Part shown: positions 14,361-27,983 of the stretch, piece by piece
How positions within the stretch are numbered: position 1 is the first letter of the stretch
Layout of the letters: every line of letters starts with the position of its first letter
Assembly (NCBI RefSeq): GCF_009914755.1
Contig: NC_060928.1
DNA length: 64,000 nt
Direction: 5' to 3' (one strand)
Source: the human T2T-CHM13v2.0 reference genome, Homo sapiens
Translations under genes and position numbers: made by a program
Notes under the pieces: generated by a model
Told to the model about the DNA's origin: nothing
The model's input: only the letters and a program-made list of their open reading frames with translations
Databases searched by the model: none

Positions 14361-15990
14361 TCAGAGCTACTTTTTATCTTATAAATAAAATTTCTATCTG
14401 AAGCACAATAAAATATGGCAAAAAGAAGGTGAAACAAAGGATATGGGAAGAGATGAAGACCCAGGGTTCCATAGCCCTGTGTCACCGCTGGCCATCCTGA
14501 AACCACGGCAAGTGCTGGGGCCAGAGTCTGCCAACCTTGAGTTCAAATGGGTGGCCCTCGTGGGGACCCTAACACTGGTCAGTAAGCTGTGAATCTGCTC
14601 TCCTGTGCCTTCAGGAGCCCATGTTGATACTTGGGTTTGCAGGCTTGCCTTAAAAAGCGGCTTGAGTTTCACCATAGATAAAGACAGGCAAGTTTGGAAA
14701 CAATTCCCGAAAAAAGAATATCCTACAGGGGGCACTTTGAGCAGCCAAAATTAAGACAAAAATCCCAACTCCATGACTTCCTAATTGCCGTATGTCTAGT
14801 CACTACAGACTGCTCTAGTTACTCCACAGTAATGAATAGACTCTCTGGTTTCATAGCAATCTTTGCTTTATTAAAGGGTGGGGCTGTGTTTTATCAAGAA
14901 ACACAACAGGGTTATAGAGCACTGCCGAGACCAGTCAGACAGAATGTCCGCACCTGCAAACTTTTTACACTGCCCGGGAGATGGTTTAAATACAAAAAAA
15001 GCACTGCTAACCTCGGCAAGAGGCCAGCGGAGGCCTGTCAGGACAATTCAGCATGCTGCTGGCTTCTTCCGTTTCCCAAAAACAGAAGTCACCATACACA
15101 CAACAAAAATTCAATGCTGAAAGAAAGTAAAAATAAAAAGGAGTTTTTTCTTCTCCTTCCCCTTAAAGGGAAAGCAGGCTGAGGTCTTTTGGGCACTATT
15201 CCTGTGCATCTGGCCATACAGGAGAGAAGGAACATCAGAAGATGTGTCTTCATTGTAAAGAGCCTGCATCTTTACAGGGGGTGCAGCTAGCTACATCTGG
15301 AAGTTGTTCAACTGTTACGAAGGAGGGAAAACACTGCTCCTCTGAGACCTCCAATCTAAATTTGGTGCCTTGATTTTTCTCTCGCCTTTCTTTTCTTTTG
15401 CAGTATTTACCACACATGGTAACACTGCAGTTATCTGGGGGTGTCTTTGTTTACTATCTCTGTCCCTCCATGAGAAAAGAAATTGGGCCTCCTCCATCTA
15501 TTTCCTGCTCCTAGTACTGAGTCTGATATACAGAAGGTGCTCAAAAATATCTGCTGAATCAGAGTGGGCCCTTTGGCAACATGTCTCTGTGCCTCAGTTT
15601 CTCTGTCTGCCAGGAAGCAGTTGCTGAGAGGACTCGCGAGGACCATCTTCCGTCTCCTTGGTTCCCGAGTTAAATAAATACTCTTTTGCCCACGTGAACC
15701 AAATAGTGAAAGACTGGGATCGCTAGCCACGAGCCGCCGGGAAACAAACATTTTTCCTGGGAGGTCACCCCAGCCTTCTTCCACGGAGGCTGACCCGTCT
15801 AAGTTCCTTTATCTGATCCTCAAAAGCCTTCGTTTCTCAGCCTTGAAATCTGGGGGCTGGAACTTGCATTCTGAGATGATTCCAAGACCTCCTCCCACTG
15901 ACTATGTTATTTGAAGTTCTCTGTTTTACAAATTTTAGGCCCCAGGGGGCTGCTGGTATGTATAAAAAATGAGACGTCAAAACAGTTTAC

Positions 15991-16108
15991 CTATGATGTT
16001 CACCGTACTATCCACTTCATTTTTTATAGTTGAAGTCAGGACCGCATACTCAGGAGAAAGATCACTTACTCCATTACTAAGCCCCAGAGATGACTCAACT
16101 GGTTCTTG
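15991..16108 (-). CDS. IRF2: IRF2 exon 6 ([39 protein letters not shown]-)
   Basis: Long pyrimidine tract ending cttcctag|, donor TAG|GTAAAC; 118 nt. SUMO-type motifs IKQE (exon 5/6 junction) and IKNE. Confidence 0.96.
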
Positions 16109-17445
16109 CTAGGAAGAAGAAAAGAAAAAAGAATTGAGAACACTTCCTTTCCCCTCCCTTCTCTTAGCTGAAATTCTACCCTCTGCCTACTTTCTTTAAT
16201 GCTAGGGTCATTCATGTTCAGCTGCCGAATACATTCATCCCCTGCTTCTTTAAACTGGCCTGTTTTAAAGCACATTTCTGCCCAGGGTGCACTGCTGGGT
16301 ATTCAGCTCCTTCCATTTTCCTTCAAGGAAACGGTACCGGCCCATCTGGCTTGCCTTTAGGAAATGCTTCCACCTGCAGACAATAGCTTTGGGGCTACGC
16401 AGAGCTGCATCATTGTCTCTGTAAAATGCTGCACTGCGTGGATTCTACACTCTCCTCCTCTGAGGGGGTGCTCAAAAGAATCAATGCCTGGCTTTCACCA
16501 GGGAGGAATCATGCTACCTCTTTCATAATTATTTCTTAGGAAAAGCTCTGCCTCAGTGACTGGCCCAAGAACAGGAGCCCAGAGGACATTGTAGATGAAT
16601 TCTCTGCAGATAAGTTTTGCCATGGCCTCTGGCCACCTGAGGCCCTGCATTGGATGGCTGGCTGATCACCCTGGCCTGAGTCCAGCCGGGCAACCCCACA
16701 CCATGGGCTTTACATAAATGCCCTTCAGGTGGCTGAATATCTCATCCAGCCCAAGAATTCTGCACGTGCACACTAATGAAATAATGAGAACAAATTCCTT
16801 TCCCTTATTGGAGCTCTAAATGTGTGCTTTTTTTTCAAGTGCACCAGAACCCTCCACTCCCTTGTACTAAACAGCTCTGCAAAAGCCAGCCCTGAGGTGC
16901 CTGTGGACGTTCAGCTCTCAAGGTAAGTTTGCATCTGCTGCTACGATAGCAATCAAGTCAGACAAAAGCCACACAGGACAACACCCAAGGAATCCAAAGC
17001 GGAAGAGGGTAGAGAGCAGAAGGAACACAGGACTGGAAGCAGAGGATCATGCAAGTAGACGTGACTGTGCTTGGAAAAGTCAACAGTGGTCGGCTCTGAA
17101 ACATGGTGGGTGTTCTCATCAGCTTATTTATACACTACTTGGAATCAATCCCCCCAAAATCCTCAAAAAGTCACTAACGGAAGGAGGGGAAATAACCTCC
17201 TCCTTCATAATCCCACCTGGCAAACTCCCACCTTAATAACATGACTTCAAAGGCATCACTCCACTGTATAGCTCGGTTTTTAAACAAACCATACACTGCC
17301 TGGTTTACCAGATGTCCCGAAGGTCCAGCGTAAGGGCAGGCCCAGAACATCCATCCCTACCAGGCACGATTTTTACTCCTTTCTCCCCCAGCATCTTGCA
17401 CTCTTCTCTCTTACAAGTTCTAAATAAGAAGTCTGCCTTTTCTTG

Positions 17446-17750
17446 GGCCAAGCACGGTGGCTCACCCTGGAATCTCAGCACTTTGGGAGGCTGAGGCTGC
17501 AGGATCGTTTCAGCCCAGGAGTTCGAGACCAGCCTGGGCAACATAGCAAGACCCTGTCTCTACAAAAAATGAAAGCATTAGCCGGGTGTGGTGGTGCACG
17601 CCTCTTGTCCTGGATACTTGGGAGGCTGCGGTGTTGGGAGGCTCTCCTGAGCCCGGGAGTTCAAGGATGCAATGAGCTATGATCATGTCACTGCACTCCA
17701 GCCTGGGTGACAGAGCGAGAGCCTGATTCTTAAAGACAAAAAAAAAAAAA
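17446..17750 (+). mobile_element. AluJ
   Basis: Diverged dimer; TSD-like aagtctgcc on both sides. Confidence 0.9.
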
Positions 17751-17969
17751 GTCTGCCCCTTCTGAAAACAAAAAACAAAAAACAAAAAAAACCCACTTGC
17801 CTGTGACCTGGGTGAGTCAGCAGGTTTTCCCTTCCTTCACAACCAAACTTCCGACCCGCTGTCTGCCTTTCCGGACTTCGCCTCTCCACCTGGGCCCCCA
17901 TTAGTTCCTGTGGTCTCGCTTCCTCTCCACCTGCAGAATCAAGCTCCCAGAAGGGTCTTGAGAGCTCGG

Positions 17970-18180
17970 GCTTTGGAATCAGAAGGGCCTGGAGCAAAGC
18001 CTGGCACCTCCACTCCTCACTGGCTGCAGCTCCTTATTTAACCTCTGTAAGCCACCCTAGGGCACTGCGGACAGTTGTAAACTGAGGACAATAATAGGAC
18101 CCACGTCATAGGGATAAGGTGAAGATTAAATGAGCTAACTACGTACATGGCACTTACTAGTAAATAAGCACTCACCATTA
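17970..18180 (-). mobile_element. MIR
   Basis: gggctttggaatcaga...ttatttaacctctgtaagcc...gtgaagattaaatgag...taagcactca. Confidence 0.7.
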
Positions 18181-18837
18181 CCAAAGGTCACCAACAAAAC
18201 TGTGCTCTCCCAAATCCAATGGCCTTTTCTCAAATCCCTTCCCCCAGCCCCATATGCTGACCTCTGATGGACCATGCTGTCCCTCCATGGCGGCCTGAAC
18301 TGTCTGACACTGCTGCAATTCTCCACCTCTCCAACAGCAGCCTCCTTTCTCAATGGCGTCCTCAATGACCCCTGGTCAGTTTCCCCACCCCGAGTCATGC
18401 CCCACCTTTCACTAGTCCACCTCCATCTCTTCAACTCCCTCAAAAAGAACTAAGCACAGGCCTCTGAAGAAGTTACAAGAGAACTGCTCATTTGTATGGG
18501 CTTCCTTTGTGTCTGACCTTATTTTTTTAGTCATTCTGTTTCTAGGTTTCTTATAAAAGTAATGAGGCAGTCAGGCTTGCATATATTTAAAAAGCTAAAT
18601 TAATTCTGATTTCTCCATTGAAGACCTCTAAGTGTTACATATGATCTACAGTTTAATTAGTGACAAGTGATACTTTTATCACTTGAGAAAACGATGACTC
18701 AGAGACTAAATTAATTTTCCAAGATCACGCTACTTTTAGCCTGCAGAGACACCGGAACTGAACTCTGTCTTTGGTCACGAAATATGGTTCAATTCCAGGA
18801 GCTTTCTGTCTTAAGAAGCCCTTGTATCCTGCCCTAA

Positions 18838-19460
<623 letters not shown>

Positions 19461-19871
19461 TAAACTGGGTCACAATTTTTGAAATGATTAGAAGTAGGAA
19501 TATCTAAATCTAAGGTATATTAAAAATCCAAGGATCTCAAATGAAGAAAAGGGGTGTGGAGTTCTCTATGTAAAATAAACACAGAGATCCTGCAGGCCCT
19601 GAACACTCTTCGCCCGAAGCCTCTCCTGGACCCCCGATGCCCCACTCCTGCCCTGGCTCAACTCCTGCTTTGCTGCACCATAACCTGGCCTGGTTAATCC
19701 TGGTCAGGATTCACATCCCCTCTGTCTGCTCCCTTTCTCACTTTAGATAGAGGCTCTTCTGTAAATCAAGTAACCCATAGCTTTCTTGGCTTTTAATTTT
19801 CTCCCCTTGCTCCAAAGATTAAAAAAAAAAAAAAAAAAAAAAAGACTCTGCTTGGGTCCAGACTTCTCCAC

Positions 19872-20018
19872 GGTGCATGAACTCCAGCAAACATTTATGT
19901 TCAAAAATCTTTGCTCTAATTGTAGAATCCAAGGATTGATCTACGTGGGTGCATGAACTCCGCCAAACATTGACGCTCAAGAACCTTTGCTATAATTACA
20001 GAATCCAAGGTTTGGTCT
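19872..20018. repeat. Diverged tandem duplication, 76-bp period, about 1.9 copies
   Basis: ggtgcatgaactcc...caaacatt...ctttgct...agaatccaagg begins at both 19872 and 19948. Confidence 0.9.
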
Positions 20019-21844
20019 CTGGTTTAAGGGATTTTAAGCAAAAGCAAACTGGCACAAGAGAGAGTTCAGGGGCAGGAGCACACTTCTTTAGACCTGTAAA
20101 ATAATACACCTTTAGCTGGTCTTGAAGCTACACTTGCTGAATGGGCTTGGGGACAGACCAGAGTTAGAGGACAGCAGAGGGACTCCCCTCTGCTCCGAGC
20201 CCATGCTGTCTCAACCCTGTGCTAATGCCCCTTGTCCCTGAAGTCCCATTTAATGGGCCTCCAGCCCACCTCCCACCTTCCAAAATGCTCTAACTCATCT
20301 GTGCAAAGCCAGTCTCTTTGAAGCCAGATTTAAGGACATCAAATTTAAGGACATCTCTTAAGTCTCTGCTAACAGAACGTGTAGGCTGACAGCTGGACTT
20401 CACAAGCAGGTCAGGGAACTGGACCTTGGCGAGTGCACACACCCAGCACAGAGGCGCAATGCCACTGACAACAGAAGCTCTCGTAAGACAGGCTGGGGCC
20501 TCCTGCCCGGTCCCAGAACCACCTTCCTTCTGCTCCTTGCTTGGAATGAGGCCATCATCATTCTCTTCCTCCCTTCTCTCACTGCAGCTTCCCTCTTGAC
20601 TTTTTCCCTTAGCTCACTTTTCTCTGCATCTTCTCTGCGGGCCTTTGTCTGCATCTCTTAGAGAAGGCATCAGTTTCCAAAGCTACCAACGCCATTCTCA
20701 AGTAAATGACCACACATCTGCCCGTTGGGCACTCACTCAAGTGCTGTACCCTCCAACTTTCTAGCTGGCATTTACCTTCAGGGCTCTCTGTCACTTCAAA
20801 GGCAGCATGTCCAAAGCGAAACACCCTCTCCACAAAACGACCTGCATTCCCAACACTCGCTTCTGAAGGTGCAAAACGCCGGGGCCTCCTCTTTAGGCCG
20901 CTCTTATCTGCATCCTCCGTACCCTCTTCCACTTTCTGGAGAAATGTCTCCTCCCTCCATGCCAGTGGCACCAGCTACTGCCTTTCCACAGCAGTCTCTC
21001 CTGCCTCCCACTCCTTCCCATCCCGGTGAGAAAGGCCTCCCTTACATATCAATTCCCGCCTGCTCTAAGTGTGCTACAAGGAGTTCAACTGTGTCTCATT
21101 CCGTAAAACTGTCCCTCAAGCTCTTCCAACTGGGTTCGGAGCTCCCATTCTGAGCTACCACATGGGAAGGGAGGATCCCGGGCAGGCAGAATAAGCCTGA
21201 TAACCTGCTTCACCCAGGGCATCTCTCATCTTATCTGTTTTTCAAGTGAGTTGCTGGTGTGTGCTTTCATTTGATTAAAGTTTAAAAACTGAAGACCTCT
21301 TCCAACTAGTGAAGGGATCACTCCAGTAGCAGCCCTGCCAGGGAGTGTGCTGTGTTTTAATCCAGCTCAGGTCACTGTTAGAGCCAACAGCTCTATGAGA
21401 AAGAGCAGCCGAACCCCTATCTGCTTTTCTGTAACTTCTACCCATAGGTCTGTGCTCAGAACGAATACAGACCAGGCCTAATCTTTTCCAAGCGACTTTG
21501 GCAGCCCTTCCCAATTCTGTCTCCTTCATAACACTAACACTTTGATCCGGAAGCACTTTACAGTTTCAAGCATGTATGTTTCAGCTGCAAACAACCCTCC
21601 GAAGCAGGAAGTACCCATTTCTATTCGCCCCACCTACATGCCTGTATTTCCCATTGCCCTCTCACACAAACTCCTGCTCTAATTAAGCCAGTTTCCTGTC
21701 TCATCCAGGAAAGACAAACCAACTGTAATCTCCAGGCCTTCATTCCTGATGCCCCTAGTGCTGCGGAAGGACCAGTTTGACCCTGTCCACCCCTCAAGGC
21801 CTGGCTTAGGCCCCAAAGGCTACGAGGCACCCGGTGGACAAACT

Positions 21845-22020
21845 TGGATTCAAATCTCAGCTCTGTAAAGCAATGCAGCCTTGGGAAAATGAATCAGCTT
21901 CTCTGTGCACCCATTTCCTAAATGTATAAAAGGGAAATGACCTGCCCATCACAGGGAGAACTCAGTGAGACAAAAATCATAGCTGGGAACTTGGAATCAG
22001 CTCAAAAATATCAACTAGCA
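21845..22020 (-). mobile_element. MIR
   Basis: ggattcaaatctcagctctg...ccttgggaaa...cttctctgtgc...tttcctaaatgtataaaaggga. Confidence 0.65.
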
Positions 22021-22154
22021 CCCCTCTGTTTTAACTACTTCTATTCTTACTGTTCTTGGCCTTGTCTGAAGTCTCAGAGCAAACCGTTCCATGATATTTT
22101 CTGAAACATATACATGCACTGATGATGTAGAATCCAGGATTTCTCATTATTGTT

Positions 22155-22325
22155 TTTCTTTCTTTTTTGAGGTGGGGAAGGGGTCCTGCTCTGTTGCCCA
22201 GGCTGGAGCGCAGTGGTGCAATCACGGCTCACTGCAGCCTCAAACTCCTGGGCTCAAGCCATCCTCCTACACCTCAGCCTCCTGAGTAGCTGGGACAGGC
22301 ATGTACCACTGTACCCAGCTGTTTT
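22155..22325 (-). mobile_element. Alu right arm / FRAM-like
   Basis: Reverse-complement right monomer only. Confidence 0.85.
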
Positions 22326-23852
22326 TCTTGTTCTTATTTCCTTAGATAACCAGTTACCGCCGCACAGGTGGGGCTTAGCTCAAGGAAAACATGGCTGACT
22401 GAGTTTGTAGGGATATGCTCACAAAGCGAAATGTCAGAGGATGCTGAGGCCGTTTCTGCACCTGCCACATGGCCAATGGGCCTTGGGTGTTCCAGTCTTG
22501 GGGAGACTATTTGTTGGGGGACATATAGCATGGAGATAAATCATGAGTGGCCCCAAGAAAATTCTAATACTTGGCCTACATGTTGTAAACATTGTTTGCT
22601 AATTAAAACTTCAACTTGAAGATTGGGAAAAGCTTGCTTCAACAGCAAATATTCATACCTAGTTACCATATGAAAGACAAATTTCCTCAGTAGAAGAAAC
22701 CTACGTAGTGTATCCAGTTACATATTTGGATAGACTAAGTAGGTTTAGTATATTTGCACAGGATATATTAACTCAGTGCTTGGGTGTTTTGATACACAAT
22801 TAAAAAGTAATATATTAATAGCTAGTAATTGTCCTCTGACTTTCCAATTCCAGACGCCCTAGGGAGTTCACTTTTCAAACACTCTACAGAGACACTGAGT
22901 CCACACAATAGCTTGAACAGCCAGGAAGCACAGAACTCGGGAAGCCCACTGGCCTCTTCTGAGCTTCCCTGCTACACTGGAAAGCACAATGCAAGTAGAT
23001 CTAAATTCAAAAGTAAGGCTGTGTTTAGGCCTAATGAATCACCTGCCTTCCGCTGAAGGAATCAGGTCCTTTCAAGAAAAAAGTTTCAGGTATGAATCAT
23101 ATCTTCACGGCACAAGGATTTCATAAAACACACTTGGCTGAGGTGGCTCTTGACCCACACGGCTGCACCTAACGGGATCTCTCACTTACTTCCCTGGGCC
23201 AGGATGGTCAAGCCCACCCAGGACCGTGCCTTCCACAACTTGCTCATTTCAGGGCCATGTGAAGACACCACCAGTGCCCATGTGGCTGTAGAGATCCCAG
23301 ACAAACGGGACCACCACATGGCATGAACTACTAAGATGTACATTTCCTCGCATTGCCACATCCCTGAAAGAGGACATGCCTTTCAATCCATTACGTGTCA
23401 TGGTTTCATTGCAAGCAGTTTTTCTAAGAGATACATAAAATAACAGTGCATCTTAGCATCATTGGCATCTGGCGTTCGATGGAATACAGTGGGTACATGT
23501 GAGCAAAGTGTGCTGAAAAGGCAACATCTGTTACTCCGTTCTTATTTCTCCATTAACTGCGATTATGAAATTAAATCTGCATCCTAATGGAAAACCCCTC
23601 ACTCCCACCCCACATATCCTACTTATTTATACATCTATTTAGTCAACAAATGCGGATGCATCTATTCAGTTATCAAATACGTATTAGTGATCTGTTCTGG
23701 GCCAGGCACTGAGCTAGATAATGGGAAAAGAGTAGTAAATACGATTCAGTCACACTTGAAATTGTAGCAAATTCTCACACATGTGTGAGAAAGCTGTGCT
23801 TTTCTGACTAAATAACATGAATCAAAACGTAGGCCTTAAAAATACAAACTCA

Positions 23853-24170
23853 GCCAGGCTCACACTTGTAATTCCAACATTTTGGGAAGCCGAGGCAAGA
23901 GGATTACTTGAGGCCAGGAGTTTGAGACCAGCCTGGGCAACAGAATGAAACCTCACCTCTATAAAAGAAAATTTTTTTAAATTATCCATGCTTGGTGGCA
24001 CACACCTGTAGACCCAACTACTAGAGGGAGGCTGAGGCGGGAGGATCACCTGAGCCCGGGAGGTTGGGGCTGCAGTGAGCTATGATCGCGTCACTTCACT
24101 CCAGCCTGGGTGACAGAGTAAGACCTTGTCTCAAAAAAAAAACAAAACAAAAAAAAAACGAAAAAAAAAA
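23853..24170 (+). mobile_element. AluJ
   Basis: Diverged dimer with a long mixed A tail. Confidence 0.9.
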
Positions 24171-24259
24171 CTGTGAGAAACGATATGGCTAACAACTAGG
24201 TTTGTTCAATTGTAAAAAAAAAAAAATGTTTTAAGAGGTAATATAGGAGAAACATATAT

Positions 24260-25090
<831 letters not shown>

Positions 25091-25145
25091 AATTAGGCCT
25101 TTAATACAGTACAATATTTAAATTTAGTTAAAAATAAAAACTAGT

Positions 25146-25163
25146 AAAAGTGAAACTGAAAGC
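25146..25163 (+). promoter_or_regulatory. Candidate IRF-E/ISRE with three half-sites, intron 5
   Basis: AAAAGTGAAACTGAAAGC contains a perfect GAAASYGAAASY; motif match only. Confidence 0.5.
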
Positions 25164-25981
25164 ATCTCTGCAAAAACACCCTCCGCCTAAATTTCTTCAT
25201 CTGCAAAGGGAGGCCAGGGAGCTCGACAATCTCTCTGAGATCCCTGGGTCTGTGACCGCAGTGTATGCTCTCTGCTCAGCCACTGAAGCTCGTCCCCAGT
25301 TTTGCAGGGCATATTCGGCTCTTCTCTTACTATTTAACAAGGGCCACCTAATCTATGCATAAAGATCCTCAGACTGTAGGGGAGTTCAGACGACACAGCC
25401 TAGTGAGAAGCTGACACACACATGCACATCCCATGGAAAACCCTTGTGGGGTGTGAGAGATGATTCTACAGTGGACAGAAGGCAGCCATTGAGAGCTGTG
25501 CTGATAGAGTGCTGACATTGACCACTCTGTCCCCCACCGAAGGGCCTGTGACGGAATGTCTGTAACATAGAGTTCATACATCGTATAGAGGTCTATAACA
25601 TTTAATACATATTAAAGTATACTTAATAGCCTGAAAATATACTTAATAGTATGAGAATAAGCTGTTGTGGAGTTTAGCTGGCACAAAATGACCACTGGCA
25701 ACGGCTGTGGTGGCCAGATGGAGGCCTCAGCCTGCCGAGCACAGTGAGAATCTGTGACTTCATTCATAAATTTCCCAGAGAAACGGGATGAGGCAGGGCC
25801 CTGTGTACCTCCATGTCTGCAAGTGGATACATGCTGAAGAGCAAACATGTAAAGCACAGAAGACACAAGCAAAGGAAGAAAGAGGACACACTGAGGTCCT
25901 GTGACTCATCTTTACAAGGCAGAATATGAGTCATTAATAGGATCCCAACTTTGGCTTTCTCTCTGAATCACCCAAGATTAC

Positions 25982-26028
25982 CTTGATGTGCTTAACTTTG
26001 TCTTCTTTTTCTGTCTTTGGTTTCTTTC
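25982..26028 (-). CDS. IRF2: IRF2 exon 5 (KKPKTEKEDKVKHIK), basic linker
   Basis: Acceptor ccacag|, donor AAG|GTAATC; 47 nt, restoring phase 0. Confidence 0.96.
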
Positions 26029-26346
26029 CTGTGGCAACAAAAATGTAGTTTTGGATTAATTCACGAAGGGCCTCCAGAGAAACATTTCCCTCAAATTAAA
26101 TTCTTTCTGAAACTCTCAATGAACCTGTTGCTTTAATCTGTACATGGTCAAAATTCCACATGTATCTTTCACTGCCTTTGGTGAATCGAAAGTCTTGTTT
26201 CCAAGCCAGGTAGGGGCGGAATGATCCCCTACAGCATGAACAGGCTATTCTACCTGCAAACTGACTGCAGATGTAGAAATGAAGAGATCACGAAGGCACG
26301 ATGACACAAATTGATTTACCTTATTTTAGTCTGTAAATGCCTTTAC

Positions 26347-26523
26347 CTTTCTTAGAAGGCCGTTCTGATAGGGGCAGCATTCGGTAGACCCTGAAGGCAT
26401 TATTTCCTTTCTTTATGCTTTTATCCTTGACTTCTTCAATATCAGGCAAGGAATTCATGGCGCATCTGAAATTCGCCTTCCATGTTTTGGGATCAGGTTT
26501 ATCTACTCCTGGTTGATGCTTTC
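26347..26523 (-). CDS. IRF2: IRF2 exon 4 ([59 protein letters not shown]), includes recognition helix
   Basis: ORF 26321..26539 contains the IRF signature [11 protein letters not shown]. Acceptor ttgttag|, donor AAG|GTAAAG; 177 nt. Confidence 0.99.
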
Positions 26524-26647
26524 CTAACAAAAGAGACAAAGATTAAGAAAAAGAGAGAAAACATTAGATACAGAGGAAGGAATTTCTGGAAACACAGTAT
26601 TGCTGGTCAGGCAGTATAAGGAAACCTTTTCACTCCATGCTATACCT

Positions 26648-26760
26648 CCAGTGACCAATCGTCCTGGTGTACCTGGGGGTGAGAAAGTTCTTGGGATGTG
26701 GGAATTTTGTTTTTAAAACCTGAACAGTTCCAGTCAAACTGGGACAAGTTGGTCACCCTG
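26648..26760. mobile_element. MER81-like hAT-Blackjack MITE in intron 3
   Basis: About 113 bp with terminal inverted repeats gtgaccaa...ttggtcac; internal sequence resembles the MER81 consensus as recalled. Confidence 0.7.
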
Positions 26761-27283
26761 GTTCTACTGAACAGCTTGAGGAAACTATAAATGCTGGAAG
26801 AATGGAGCATCAGCGTAAGAAAAATACAGAAGACTGAGAGGCTGCAAAGTCAACAGGCAGAGGGAAGCTGAGTGCCTCTTTTTCATCTGACGCTCCAACA
26901 AAGTCCATTCCTGTAAACAGCTCCCTACGTAAAGGTTGTAATAAATTCAGGTATTTCTGACTACCTTTTTGGGGGGGAGATAAATTTGACCAAAGTTTAT
27001 AGCATCAGAACAACTGAGTTTCTATTCCCCGGTAACACCTAGGGAACTTCTTAGAATACCACATTTATAGGAAATTGAAGGACTAAGAGTGTATGGGATG
27101 AGGGGAGCATTACTTCTGAGGGCTGCAGTTTGTACCCCATGTGTCCTGGATGTGCCTAGGGACAAGTCACAGGTTTTTCAGAGCCATCTTCATGAGGTCA
27201 TAAGCCAGGCTATTTTATGTGTAATAAAAACAAAACTAAGCAAGAGTGCCTTCCTCTATAAACGCCGCAGGGAGTTTTAGTAC

Positions 27284-27383
27284 CTGTATGGATTGCCCAG
27301 TTTCTAAAGAGTGGTGCATCTTTTTCCACATCCCACCCATGTCTAGCCGCATGCATCCAGGGGATCTGAAAAATCTTCTTTTC
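27284..27383 (-). CDS. IRF2: IRF2 exon 3 ([34 protein letters not shown]), DNA-binding domain
   Basis: T21-cag acceptor and CAG|GTACTA donor; 100 nt; carries three of the five IRF-domain tryptophans; in frame with exon 2. Confidence 0.98.
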
Positions 27384-27693
27384 CTGAAAAAAAAAAAAAA
27401 AAAAAAAGGTAAAGAACTGGAGTCATGGGTTTTGGCCCACCATTGCAAAAGGTTGTGAAGGTCTAGCCAGCAAGATTCCCCAGCAAGCATCGCTGAATGT
27501 GTTGACTGCTGACAAGAAAATCTACTGTAAACCAAACCCACTTCCCCCGCTGGATCCCAAATCTTGATAGACTACCCCGAGTGACAGTCAGTCTCGTGAA
27601 GTCTTGCAGAGCAGGAATGTTTTCCAAGGTCAAAGGTGATGATTTGACCTTGTGTGTTCCATTATTTGTGCCTCTTTTCTAGTTTTCAATATA

Positions 27694-27983
27694 TTTTTTT
27701 GGAGACAGAGTCTCGCTCTGTTGCCCAGGCTGCAGTGTAGTGGCGCGATATCGGCTCACTACAACCTCCACCTCCTGGGTTCAAGAGATTCTCCCACCTC
27801 AGCCTCCTGAGTAGCTAGGATTACTGGCATGTGCCACCACGCCTGGCCAAGTTTTGTATTTTTGGTAGAGATGGGGTTTTGCCATGCTGGCCAGGCTGGT
27901 CTCGAACTCCTGACCTCAAGTGATCTGCCCACCTCAGGCTTCCAAACTGCTGAGATTACAGGTGTGAGCCACCACACCCGGCC
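27694..27983 (-). mobile_element. AluS
   Basis: Full dimer; TSD-like tgtgcctctttt. Confidence 0.93.

Noticed and set aside
18664-18685. 9-bp-arm hairpins (caagtgata/tatcacttg; also 50393-50415)
   Set aside because: Short arms; a few are expected by chance in 64 kb.
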